Below are positions 21,160 through 29,664 of a stretch of 56,883 nt of DNA, one piece after another. The DNA lies in the NCBI GenBank assembly GCA_005893225.1, contig VBOT01000052.1:1-56883 (forward strand), read 5' to 3'. Source of the DNA: Candidatus Eiseniibacteriota bacterium (GTDB taxonomy: Bacteria > Eisenbacteria > RBG-16-71-46). The position numbers and the translations under genes are program-made. How positions within the stretch are numbered: position 1 is the stretch's first letter; every line of letters begins with the position of its first letter. The notes under the pieces are model-generated. The model had not been told where the DNA came from, did no database searches, and saw only the letters and a program-made list of their open reading frames with translations.

Positions 21160-21602
21160 TCCCCTCCGAAGACTTCCTCGCCGAACTCCTCGAACTGGCT
21201 ATCCGCCTCGGCCATCGCCTTCTCGTGACGCTTCGGGTTCCAGATCTCCACCCGGTCAGGCAGACCGTGCAGGACGGCTTCCCTTTCCAATCCCGCACGG
21301 CTCATCAGTACCGATGGAATCGTGACGCGTCCCTGCGAATCCACCGGCACCTCCTTCACGTTGTTGAAGAATGCTCGCGAGAACTTCCGGCCCTTCCGGC
21401 CCCCCGAGCGCCGCTTGACGCGCTCGATCACTCCGTTCCACTGCTCCGGGGTGTAGAGCGCGAGGCAGCCCTCGAAGAACGCGACCAGATAGAAGCTCTT
21501 GATGGGCTGCTTGCGCCCGTCGGGGCGTCGCACCTCGGCCGGGATTGCAAGTCGGCCCTTGTGATCGATGGCGTAGGACTCGGTGCCATAGAAGGACGTC
21601 AT
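21156..21602 (-). CDS. mraZ: Transcriptional regulator MraZ
   Basis: FYGTESYAIDHKGRLAIP and VDSQGRVTIP (two DxxGR AbrB-like repeats), RVEIW; first gene of the dcw cluster. Confidence 0.93.
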   Translation of the reverse strand: MTSFYGTESYAIDHKGRLAIPAEVRRPDGRKQPIKSFYLVAFFEGCLALYTPEQWNGVIERVKRRSGGRKGRKFSRAFFNNVKEVPVDSQGRVTIPSVLMSRAGLEREAVLHGLPDRVEIWNPKRHEKAMAEADSQFEEFGEEVFGGE

Positions 21603-21630
21603 GCGCGTTCGAGAGGGTCCTCAAGGTTCA

Positions 21631-21664
21631 CCACCGATCACCACTATTCCCCACTTTTCCCCAC
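21631..21664 (-). promoter_or_regulatory. MraZ operator: four GTGG(G/T)G boxes at 10-bp period
   Basis: CCAC at 21631, 21641, 21651 and 21661 on +; minus strand reads GTGGGGAAAAGTGGGGAATAGTGGTGATCGGTGG; lies between the promoter and mraZ. Confidence 0.85.
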
Positions 21665-21671
21665 GCGGCGC

Positions 21672-21700
21672 ACCATATTTCGGCCTGGAAGGGATGTCAA
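21672..21700 (-). promoter_or_regulatory. sigma70 promoter of the mraZ/dcw operon
   Basis: TTGACA (21700-21695), 17 nt, TATGGT (21677-21672), immediately upstream of the MraZ boxes. Confidence 0.8.
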
Positions 21701-21745
21701 AACAAATCGCGGCCATCTCCCTGCACGCACGTGCAGGAATCAGAA

Positions 21746-23257
21746 TCAGCGAGGCGACGACAAGCGATCGAAGATCGACCAGTCGATGCGATAGAAGGAG
21801 TAGGGACCCGCGGCGCCGAGCGGCGTGATGCATTCGCGATAGGGGCTGCGGCGCGCGAGGTCGTAAGGCGCGCCATTCCGCTCGACCACGAACATCGGGC
21901 GTCCCACCGACTCGAAGCGCAGCCCCGCCACCGCCTGCTCGAGTCCCTCGCGCTCGAGCAGCGGCGCCATCGCCGGCGTGATTCCTCCGCTGAGATCGAG
22001 CACCGGGTGCCCGCTGAAGAATCCGATCGCGCCGACCTCGGGCGAGGCGATGCTCGAGGCGGGCGGAGCGTGGCGGCCGAACCACCTTCCCCATTTCACC
22101 AGCGAGCCCTCGAGCGCCCGGCTCTCGGCGATCGCCTGCGGCACCGCCGCGGTGGCGTAGAGCGTGAGACTCTGGGCAATCATGAGGATCGCGAGGGCGG
22201 CTCCGAGCATCACCGCCTGGGCGCGGCGCCGCGGCCCCGGCTCGGGCCCCAGCCACCAGCGCTCGCTGGCGCGCCACGCCAGCCACTCCAGCACCGGGAT
22301 GACGAGCAGCAGATGGCGCGAGACCACCGGGAACCCGCGCGAGGCGAAAAGCGCGGGCAGCGCCGCGACCCACACCCAGGGCAGCCAGCGCTGGGTGTTC
22401 TCGCGCCGGGGCCACGAGCGCGGCCCGTCGAAGAGCAGCGCGAGCCCGAGCGCCACGAGGGCCACGCCGTCGCTCGCCCCGACGATGCCCGCCTGCCGCG
22501 CGAGATGGGCGAGACGCGCGGCCGGGCGATCGGCAAGCGGCACCGTGACCGAGAGGACCTGCGGCCAGAACGTGCCGAAGTAAAGGCGCGAGAAGCCGAG
22601 CCACGAGCCGTAGATCAGCGCCGGCGGCATCAGCCCGAACGCCAGGCGCCGCACGCCGGCGCGGTTCTGGGCATCGACGATCAGCAGCATCAGCCACAGC
22701 ACGAGCAGGAACACCGCCTCGGGCCGGACCAGACACGCGAGCCCCCACAGCGCCCCGGTTCGGATCGGGCGCGCGCCCCAGGTCTTGCCCTCGGTGATGG
22801 CCGCGAAGCCCGCGAGGACGAGCGCCACCGCGAGCGGCGTCTCGAGCCCGGCGGTCGACCAGCGCAGCATCCACGCGTTCGCGGACCACGCCACGGTGGC
22901 CAGCGCGCGCAGCGCCGGCAGCTCGAGCGTCCGCCGCATGAGCTGGAGGAAGATCCCGACCGAGGCCAGCGAGGCGATGGCGGCGAGGACGCGGGCCACC
23001 GTGAGCCCGTCCCCACCGAGGGCCATGCCGTCGGCGATCAGCCCCACCCACAGCGGGGTCGCGCATCCGTACACGCGCTCGCCCAGGTTGAACACCAGCC
23101 CCTGCCCGGCGGCGAGATGCCTGGCGTACTGGAGCTGGAAGAAGGTGTCGTCGGAGAGCATGCCGCGCAGCGGCCACATCAGAGCCGCCATGAGCAGGAG
23201 CCCGGCCACGAGGCCGAGCCGCTCGACCCGCGTGAGCGGGCTCGCAGGAACGCTCAC
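21746..23257 (-). CDS. GT-C-type integral membrane glycosyltransferase (AftB-like family)
   Basis: SDDTFFQLQYARHLAAGQGLVFNLGERVYGCATPLW loop, GLETPL, LVRPE, many TMs, EVGAIGFFS. Confidence 0.72.
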   Translation of the reverse strand: MSVPASPLTRVERLGLVAGLLLMAALMWPLRGMLSDDTFFQLQYARHLAAGQGLVFNLGERVYGCATPLWVGLIADGMALGGDGLTVARVLAAIASLASVGIFLQLMRRTLELPALRALATVAWSANAWMLRWSTAGLETPLAVALVLAGFAAITEGKTWGARPIRTGALWGLACLVRPEAVFLLVLWLMLLIVDAQNRAGVRRLAFGLMPPALIYGSWLGFSRLYFGTFWPQVLSVTVPLADRPAARLAHLARQAGIVGASDGVALVALGLALLFDGPRSWPRRENTQRWLPWVWVAALPALFASRGFPVVSRHLLLVIPVLEWLAWRASERWWLGPEPGPRRRAQAVMLGAALAILMIAQSLTLYATAAVPQAIAESRALEGSLVKWGRWFGRHAPPASSIASPEVGAIGFFSGHPVLDLSGGITPAMAPLLEREGLEQAVAGLRFESVGRPMFVVERNGAPYDLARRSPYRECITPLGAAGPYSFYRIDWSIFDRLSSPR

Positions 23258-24552
23258 GCCCGCTCCCCCTTCAGGCGCTCGAGCAGCTCCGCGAGCCGCG
23301 CCGCGAGTCGCTCCCGCGTGTTCGAGGCCAGCCACGCGGGCGGGCTGGCGCCCTGACGCTCGCCTTCTTTCCACGCCAGATAGTGCCTCTCGATCAGGGC
23401 TGCGAGCGCTCCGCGGTCGCCGGGGTCGATCACCGTGCCCCCGCCCTGCCGCACCAACTCGGACGCCTCTTCGCCGGTACCAAGCAGCGCCCCGAGCGGC
23501 CGGCCGGCGTCCAGGTACTCGTAGAGCTTGCCGGGCACCATGCTGGGGCAGTCGCGAGGCTTCCACAGCAGCAGCAGGTCGGCGCGGCGCTGGAGTGCCC
23601 TCGCCTCGCGATGGGGCAGCGGGCCGCTGAACTCGACGATCCCGGTGAGCCCGAGCGCCACGGCGCGATCGGCGTAGCCCGAGTCGAAGGGGCCGGCGAG
23701 CCGCGCCCGCACGCGCCGCCGAGCCTCGGGTCGCCGCGCCAGCAACTCGTGCAGCGCCTCGAGGAACACCTCGGTGTCGGGCATCTGCGACAACATGCCC
23801 GTGTAGGCGATGAGGAACTTGTCGGGGTGGGCCGGGGCGGAGGCCGGATCGCCGGGCGTTTCGGTCTTGGGCTCGTAGCCGTTGGGCAGGTGCTCCACCT
23901 TTCCCGCGCACACCCGGTCGGGGCGCGCGGCGAGCGAAGCGGCGTGGGTGCGCGAGGCGGCGAGGATCAGGTCCGCGCCCTCGAGCACCCGGCGCTCGAG
24001 GCCCGCCTGGGCGGCGCGGTGCCAGGCGGTGACCGGGCGGCGGAGGTGAAGCCCCACCCACGGGTCGCGGAAGTCGGCGACCCACGGAATCCCGAAGCGG
24101 CGCCGGAGGTCGAGCGCGGCCATGTGGACGCTGTCGGGCGGAGAGCTCGACAGCAGGGCGTCGAAGCCGCCCGCCTGGAGCCGGCGCCGCGCCGCCGCGC
24201 GGGCGCGCCGCGCCCAGCCGGCGTAGGAATCGGGCAGCAGCCACCAGTCGCCGAGCGCCCGCCAGCGCGCGAACTCCCGGCCCGAGCGCCGCCCCGACTG
24301 GCGCCGCCAGCGCAGCCAGAGCGAGAGCGCGCTCCCGCCCTCGACCCTCACCACCTCGGTGGCCGGGGGCACGCGCTCGAGCAGGCTCGGGTCCGTGACC
24401 CAGTAGTCTTCCATGCCGGCGCACACCACGGTGCAGCTCCATCCATGAAGAGGCAGATAGCGCGTGAAGCCGAGCACGCGGTGCACCCCTCCACCCGCGA
24501 GCGGTGGATAGAAGTAGCACACGATGAGGAGCCGGCGCGCGGGCCCTCTCAC
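23254..24552 (-). CDS. GT4 glycosyltransferase
   Basis: YFYPPLAGGGVHR, LPDSYAGW, SSPPDS, WVADFRDPW, PNGYE, PGKLYEY. Confidence 0.88.
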   Translation of the reverse strand: MRGPARRLLIVCYFYPPLAGGGVHRVLGFTRYLPLHGWSCTVVCAGMEDYWVTDPSLLERVPPATEVVRVEGGSALSLWLRWRRQSGRRSGREFARWRALGDWWLLPDSYAGWARRARAAARRRLQAGGFDALLSSSPPDSVHMAALDLRRRFGIPWVADFRDPWVGLHLRRPVTAWHRAAQAGLERRVLEGADLILAASRTHAASLAARPDRVCAGKVEHLPNGYEPKTETPGDPASAPAHPDKFLIAYTGMLSQMPDTEVFLEALHELLARRPEARRRVRARLAGPFDSGYADRAVALGLTGIVEFSGPLPHREARALQRRADLLLLWKPRDCPSMVPGKLYEYLDAGRPLGALLGTGEEASELVRQGGGTVIDPGDRGALAALIERHYLAWKEGERQGASPPAWLASNTRERLAARLAELLERLKGERA

Positions 24553-25643
24553 CGGGTCGCCCCGGGCTCCGGGTCCGGCGCCCCGGCGGGGCCATGGCCG
24601 CGCACCAGGGATTCGAACATCGACTCGATGCGGCTCATGTTGGCCGACCAGTCGCCGCGGCTCTCGATCACGCGCCGGTTCTTCGCCCGGGCCCGCTCGG
24701 CCCATGCGGGATCGTCGAGCACGCTCTCGACCGCCCGCGTGACTCCGGCCGCGTTCCCGGGCCCGAACAGGCGAGCTCCTTCCCCCTCGCTCACCCACTC
24801 GCGGTTCCCCTCGATGTCGCTCACCACCGGCACCGCCCCGCTCGCCATCGCCTCGAGCAACGAGAGCGAGGTCGAGTCGGAGCGCGAGGCCGAGAGGTAG
24901 ATCGACGCGCGCGCGAGCCAACCCGCCAGGGCTTCGGGTTCGAGCAAGCCCACGAACCGGAAGCGACCCGGGGGCAGGAGACGCGCGGCGAGCCGCTCGA
25001 GGGAGGCGCGCCGGCTGCCGTCGCCGGCCACCACCAGCCGTGCCCCCGGCCGGCGGGCCAGGACCGGGGCTACGCCGGCGAGCAGCGTGGGAAGGTCGTA
25101 GACCGGCTCGTGCATCCTCGTGCTCAGCAGCAGCTCCGGCTCGCGGGCCTCGGGTCGAGCGAAGCGCGCGAGGTCGACGCCCCAGGGGATCGCGTGCACG
25201 CGCTCGGCCGGCGCGCCCAGCTCCACCGCCGCCCGGGCCAGGTCCCCGCCGTCGGCGATCACGAGATCGGCGCGGCGCAGCACGAACCGCGCCCGCAGGC
25301 GCTGGAGCGGGTCGCGCCGGGCCGCCACCAGCAGATCCGAGCCCCACGCCGCCACCGAGATCGGCCGGAATCCCGAGAGCGACGCGATCACGCCGTAGTT
25401 GGGGACGTAGTGCGCGTCGATCAGATCGGGGCGGAACTCGGCGAGCGCGCGGCGGAGCGGTCCCGCCGCCAGCGGGTAGCGCAGGAAGTTGGGCAGCGAC
25501 GCGCGCGGCAGGGCCCGCGCCTCGAGGCCCTCGGGCCCGCGCTCCAGCGACCACACGGCCACGCTATGGCCGCGGGCGCGAAAGTGCTCCACCCAGCGCC
25601 GGGTGTGGATCACGGCGGCGTTGGACAGGGTGGCGATCCTCAC
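24549..25643 (-). CDS. GT4 glycosyltransferase
   Basis: IHTRRW, AWGSD, WGVD, STRMHEPVY, DSTSLSLLEAMASGAVPVVSD. Confidence 0.88.
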   Translation of the reverse strand: MRIATLSNAAVIHTRRWVEHFRARGHSVAVWSLERGPEGLEARALPRASLPNFLRYPLAAGPLRRALAEFRPDLIDAHYVPNYGVIASLSGFRPISVAAWGSDLLVAARRDPLQRLRARFVLRRADLVIADGGDLARAAVELGAPAERVHAIPWGVDLARFARPEAREPELLLSTRMHEPVYDLPTLLAGVAPVLARRPGARLVVAGDGSRRASLERLAARLLPPGRFRFVGLLEPEALAGWLARASIYLSASRSDSTSLSLLEAMASGAVPVVSDIEGNREWVSEGEGARLFGPGNAAGVTRAVESVLDDPAWAERARAKNRRVIESRGDWSANMSRIESMFESLVRGHGPAGAPDPEPGATR

Positions 25644-26677
25644 CGACCCTCCCCCCGGAAGCGTTGCTTCCGCATCGCGCCCTGGAGCCCCGCCACCTTC
25701 CTCCCCAGCCACGAGCTCGCGCCAGCGCCGATCCAGCGCACCGGATAGCGATGGAGGCGGGCGCCGAAGGAGCGCTTGAACGCCTCGAGGCTGGCCTTCC
25801 CGCCGCTCCCTCCCAGGTTGAGGCGCGCGCGCCCGCGCGCCGCCGCCCACTCGGCGGCGGACCAGTACAGGAACGGCACCGCGTGGAGGGAGCGCGCCGC
25901 CTCGCGCGAGCCGCTCCACCAGGCGAACAGCTCGCGCCCGCCGTCCAGGAACAGCGTGGCGGTGAGCAGGCGTCCGCCGGCCCGGACCGAGAAGAGACGC
26001 CCGATCGGCTCGCCCCCGCCGGGGCTCTCCGGCGGCGCCTGGAGCAGGCGCCGCACGAGCTCGAGCGGCACCGGTCGATGCCCGGGCCAGCGGCGAGACT
26101 GGGCGAGATGGAGCGCGTACGATTCCTCGAGCGCCTCGGGGTCCTGGCCGAACCTGAGGCCCTCGAGCCGGGCGCGCCTGAGCCCGTAGCGGGTGTCGCG
26201 ATCGAGCCTCCGCCACGCCGCCTCGATCCCCCGATCGAGCTCGATCAGCGACGCCTCGAGGAACCGGGTCTCGCCGGCGAGTGCGGCGGCGTCCGGCTCC
26301 GGGCCGGAAGGCCGGTAGAGCACCCACTCGCCGCCGACCGCCCGGGTCTCGCGCACCACCGCCCCGAGTGCCTCGGCCACCAGGGCATCCACCTCGGCGC
26401 GCCGCGGTCCGGGACCGAGCGGGGCGCCCGGCAGCAGGAACGGCAGCGCGTGGACCCAGCAGAAGGAGGCCCGCCGCTCGATCACGAACGGCGTGCCTCC
26501 GATCAGGGCCCCGCCCTGCTCGACCACCATGAAGCGCGCGGTCATGCCGGGCAGGACCGCCGCCATCGACCAGGCGAGCTCGGGCCGGTGGCTCGGCGTG
26601 GCGCCGGGATCGGAGGCGATCAGGCTCTCCCAGCCTTGGGGCGGGGCTTCGAGACAGCGGACGATCGCCCCGCTCAC
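25640..26677 (-). CDS. GNAT/FemAB-like acyl- or aminoacyl-transferase
   Basis: W..LIASDPGATPSHRPE, RYGLRRARLEGL, LYWSAAEWA, LNLGGS, LEAFKRSFGA (FemAB/Acetyltransf_6 pattern). Confidence 0.75.
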   Translation of the reverse strand: MSGAIVRCLEAPPQGWESLIASDPGATPSHRPELAWSMAAVLPGMTARFMVVEQGGALIGGTPFVIERRASFCWVHALPFLLPGAPLGPGPRRAEVDALVAEALGAVVRETRAVGGEWVLYRPSGPEPDAAALAGETRFLEASLIELDRGIEAAWRRLDRDTRYGLRRARLEGLRFGQDPEALEESYALHLAQSRRWPGHRPVPLELVRRLLQAPPESPGGGEPIGRLFSVRAGGRLLTATLFLDGGRELFAWWSGSREAARSLHAVPFLYWSAAEWAAARGRARLNLGGSGGKASLEAFKRSFGARLHRYPVRWIGAGASSWLGRKVAGLQGAMRKQRFRGEGR

Positions 26678-26683
26678 GGCCGC

Positions 26684-28951
26684 TCAGCGAACCAGGACGA
26701 CGCGCGCCACCCCCGAGCGCCCGGCTGCCTCGGCCCGCACGAAGTACAGCCCGGGCTTGACCAGCTCGCCCCGGCTGTCGCGCCCGTCCCAGACCACGTG
26801 GCCGTTGGCGCCGATCGAGAACCGCCTGAGGACCCTGCCCGACAGGTCGAACACCTCGCCCCGGTAGCTCGTCGCGTTCCCCTGGAGCTTGAGCGCGATC
26901 CCGAGCTCGGTGACGCGAGCCGGGTTCGGATACACCTGGAACCGGAGCTTCGCGACTTGCGGCGCCGGCGGCACGTACCCGGGCTCGTAGCGGTTCAGGC
27001 CACCGGCGGTCGCGATCCAGACCGCGCCGGTGCGCGGGTCGATGCGGATGGTGCGCACCTCGTCGTCGGCCAGCGGCGAGTTGTCGGTGGTGAAGTTGAG
27101 GGTGGTGCCGTCGGGCCGGTAGACGCGCACCCCGTTCACGGTGCCGAGGTAGACCGTGCCGTCCCGGGCTACGTCGACGGGCCGCACCGAGTCCTCCGAG
27201 GGCTGCGCCGGGATGGTGTAGATGGCGCGCGATGTCCCCGAGAGGCTGAGGCGCCTGAGGTCGCTGGTGGTCGCCACCCACAGCGAGTCGCCGTGGGCGG
27301 CCAGGCCCCGCACGAAGAGCTGATCGGTCTGCGCGACGTGGCGGAATTCGGGCGTCCCGCCCGGGACCGACGGGGGATCCGCGTAATCGACACCCTGACC
27401 CGCGTAACCGACCCACAGGCGCCCGTGCTTGTCCACGGCGAGACCCAGCACCCGGTTCCCGCGCATGCCCGAGCTCGGCGAGGTCGTGGGATTGTACGTG
27501 GCCCGGAGCACGCCGGCGGAATCGTAGAAGTCGAGCCCGATCGGCTGGCGCGCCGGCTGGTCGCTGCACGGGCTGTCCATCCCGAACCAGTGCCCGCCCG
27601 CGGAGTCGAGCGACGAGGCGCGCGCGAAGGTGTGATTGGCCGAGTCGGGGGGATAGAGCAGATGGGTGAAGTGCGGCGGAACGACGTCGTCTTCGAGCAC
27701 CTCCATCTGTCCGGTGTCGGGCTGGCACAACCCCGTGTTGATCAAACCGGCCCACGTCCCGAACCATATCCTGCCCGCCTTGTCGGTCAGGATGGCGTAG
27801 GGGTATGCCGGGGTGCGGAACGTGGTGTCGCTGCGCAGGGTCCCCACCGGGATCCAGTACTTCCACTGCGCCCCGTCGAAGCGTCCGATCCCGTCGCTGG
27901 GCGTGGTCAAGTAGAGGCGCGTCCCCACGACCTCGAGGTTCAGGATGTTGTTTCCCGGTGGGCCGGGCGGCAACGACGGCTCCCACGGCGCCGTGTCCGT
28001 GGCGCGCTGGTAGACGCCGTTCCGATTGGCGGCGAAGGGGCGTCCGCTCTCGTCCACCGTGACCGCGAAGTTGGTTGCCGGAGAGCCTCCGGACCTCAGG
28101 GCGAAGGCCGTGGTCACGGTCTCCCAGCCCGAAGGCCCAAAGCGGTAGATGCCGGAACCCGTCGCCGCCAGGACGGCGCCGAGGTCGTCGGAGAGCCGAC
28201 GCACCGCGCCGATCCCCGCGACCGCGGTCCATTGGCCGGCGGCGCGGTCGTAGAGGTAGGCGGCGACCCCGACGTGCGCGAAAAGCGAGCTCCCATCCGA
28301 GGCGAGGGACTCGACGCTCGTCCCGCCGAGCCCGCCGTTGACGGCGGTCCAGCTCGTCAGGCCGGCCGAGATCGAGCTCCGGTAGATGCCGTTCCGGGTC
28401 GAGACCCACAGGGTGTCGCCGAGCGTCACGATGCCGGTGATGTTGTTGTTCGCGAACGGCGAGGGGTTGGTGGCGTCGGGAAGCGTGCCCGTGATCTCCA
28501 GACCGTTCCACAGCGCGAGCCCCTGCGCCGTTCCGATCCACATCGTGTCCCCGTCGGCCTCGATCGCGTTGACGCTGTCGGAGGGCAGCCCGTCGAAGGC
28601 GTTCAGCACCCCCCAGCTCGAGCGATCCGGCGAGAGCACGCTCACGCCCGACGCGAGGGTCGCGACCCAGAGGCGGCGCGAGCGGTCGAGGGCGAGCGCG
28701 GAGAGCCGGTTGCTCGCCAGGCCCCCCGGCTCGCGGGTGAAGCCGCCGAAGCGCCGCGTCGAGGGATGGAATTCCAGCAGGCCGGCGTCGAGGGTGGCGC
28801 ACCACACGGTGTCGCCGCGGGCGAGCAGGTCGCTGTAGCTCCCGGCGCGGAGCAGCGTGGTCCAGGCACCGCTCGCCCCGACCGCGCTCGGGAACGCGCA
28901 CGCCGCGACCACCACCGCCAGGGCCCGGCCCCATCCCCTCATGCGATTCAC
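26684..28951 (-). CDS. Secreted beta-propeller protein with T9SS/FlgD-type C-terminal domain (PorZ-like)
   Basis: Signal peptide (AVGA|S), repeated GLxSNx(V/L)xxLxxD..G.LW(V/I)xT propeller blades, NSPLADDEV, C-terminal VYPNP...VFDLSGR...WDGRDSRG...PGLYFVR...VVLVR. Confidence 0.75.
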   Translation of the reverse strand: MNRMRGWGRALAVVVAACAFPSAVGASGAWTTLLRAGSYSDLLARGDTVWCATLDAGLLEFHPSTRRFGGFTREPGGLASNRLSALALDRSRRLWVATLASGVSVLSPDRSSWGVLNAFDGLPSDSVNAIEADGDTMWIGTAQGLALWNGLEITGTLPDATNPSPFANNNITGIVTLGDTLWVSTRNGIYRSSISAGLTSWTAVNGGLGGTSVESLASDGSSLFAHVGVAAYLYDRAAGQWTAVAGIGAVRRLSDDLGAVLAATGSGIYRFGPSGWETVTTAFALRSGGSPATNFAVTVDESGRPFAANRNGVYQRATDTAPWEPSLPPGPPGNNILNLEVVGTRLYLTTPSDGIGRFDGAQWKYWIPVGTLRSDTTFRTPAYPYAILTDKAGRIWFGTWAGLINTGLCQPDTGQMEVLEDDVVPPHFTHLLYPPDSANHTFARASSLDSAGGHWFGMDSPCSDQPARQPIGLDFYDSAGVLRATYNPTTSPSSGMRGNRVLGLAVDKHGRLWVGYAGQGVDYADPPSVPGGTPEFRHVAQTDQLFVRGLAAHGDSLWVATTSDLRRLSLSGTSRAIYTIPAQPSEDSVRPVDVARDGTVYLGTVNGVRVYRPDGTTLNFTTDNSPLADDEVRTIRIDPRTGAVWIATAGGLNRYEPGYVPPAPQVAKLRFQVYPNPARVTELGIALKLQGNATSYRGEVFDLSGRVLRRFSIGANGHVVWDGRDSRGELVKPGLYFVRAEAAGRSGVARVVLVR

Positions 28952-29664
28952 TCCAGACGGCCGAGCAGATCGAGCAGCCGCAGCCTCCACACCATCCACA
29001 CCGCCTCCCAGATGATGCGGCGGTTCATCTTCGAAAACCCGGCGCGGCGGTCGACGAACAGGATCGGGATCTCCCGGATGCGGAAGCCCTTCCTCCAGCA
29101 CTTGTACGACATCTCGATCTGGAACGCGTAGCCGTCCGATCTTACTCGGTCGAGCCGGATGCTTTCGAGCGCGCGCCGCCGGAAGCACTTGTAGCCTCCG
29201 GTCGCGTCCTTGACCGGCATGCCCGTCACGACGCGGGTGTAGAGGTTGGCGGCGTAGGAAAGGATCAGCCGCTGGAGCGGCCAGTTCACCACCGTCACGC
29301 CGTTCAGGTAGCGCGAGCCCAGCACCACGTCCACCTCGCTCGCGTTCCGGAGAAACTCGCCGATCGAGTCGGGGTCGTGAGAGAAGTCGGCGTCCATCTC
29401 GAAGACGTACTCGGCCCCGTTCTTGAGCGCGTAGCGGAAGCCGTCGCGGTAAGCAGAACCGAGCCCCAGCTTGCCGGGACGGCGCAGAACGTGGAGCCGC
29501 GGCTGGTTCCGCGCCCACGATTCGACGAACTCCCCGGTGCCGTCCGGCGAGGCGTCGTCCACCACCAGCACGTGAAGGTCGTGGGGCAGCGAGAGGAGCC
29601 GCTGGAGAAGGGGTTCGATGTTCTCGCGCTCGTTGTAGGTGGGAACGATCACGAGCTTCTCCAC
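28948..29664 (-). CDS. Polyprenol-phosphate mannose synthase (DPM1-like GT2)
   Basis: VPTYNERENI, VDDASPDGT, KLGLGSAY, MDADFSHDP, DATGGYKCFRR, GYAFQIEM, EIPILFVDR. Confidence 0.9.
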   Translation of the reverse strand: MEKLVIVPTYNERENIEPLLQRLLSLPHDLHVLVVDDASPDGTGEFVESWARNQPRLHVLRRPGKLGLGSAYRDGFRYALKNGAEYVFEMDADFSHDPDSIGEFLRNASEVDVVLGSRYLNGVTVVNWPLQRLILSYAANLYTRVVTGMPVKDATGGYKCFRRRALESIRLDRVRSDGYAFQIEMSYKCWRKGFRIREIPILFVDRRAGFSKMNRRIIWEAVWMVWRLRLLDLLGRLE

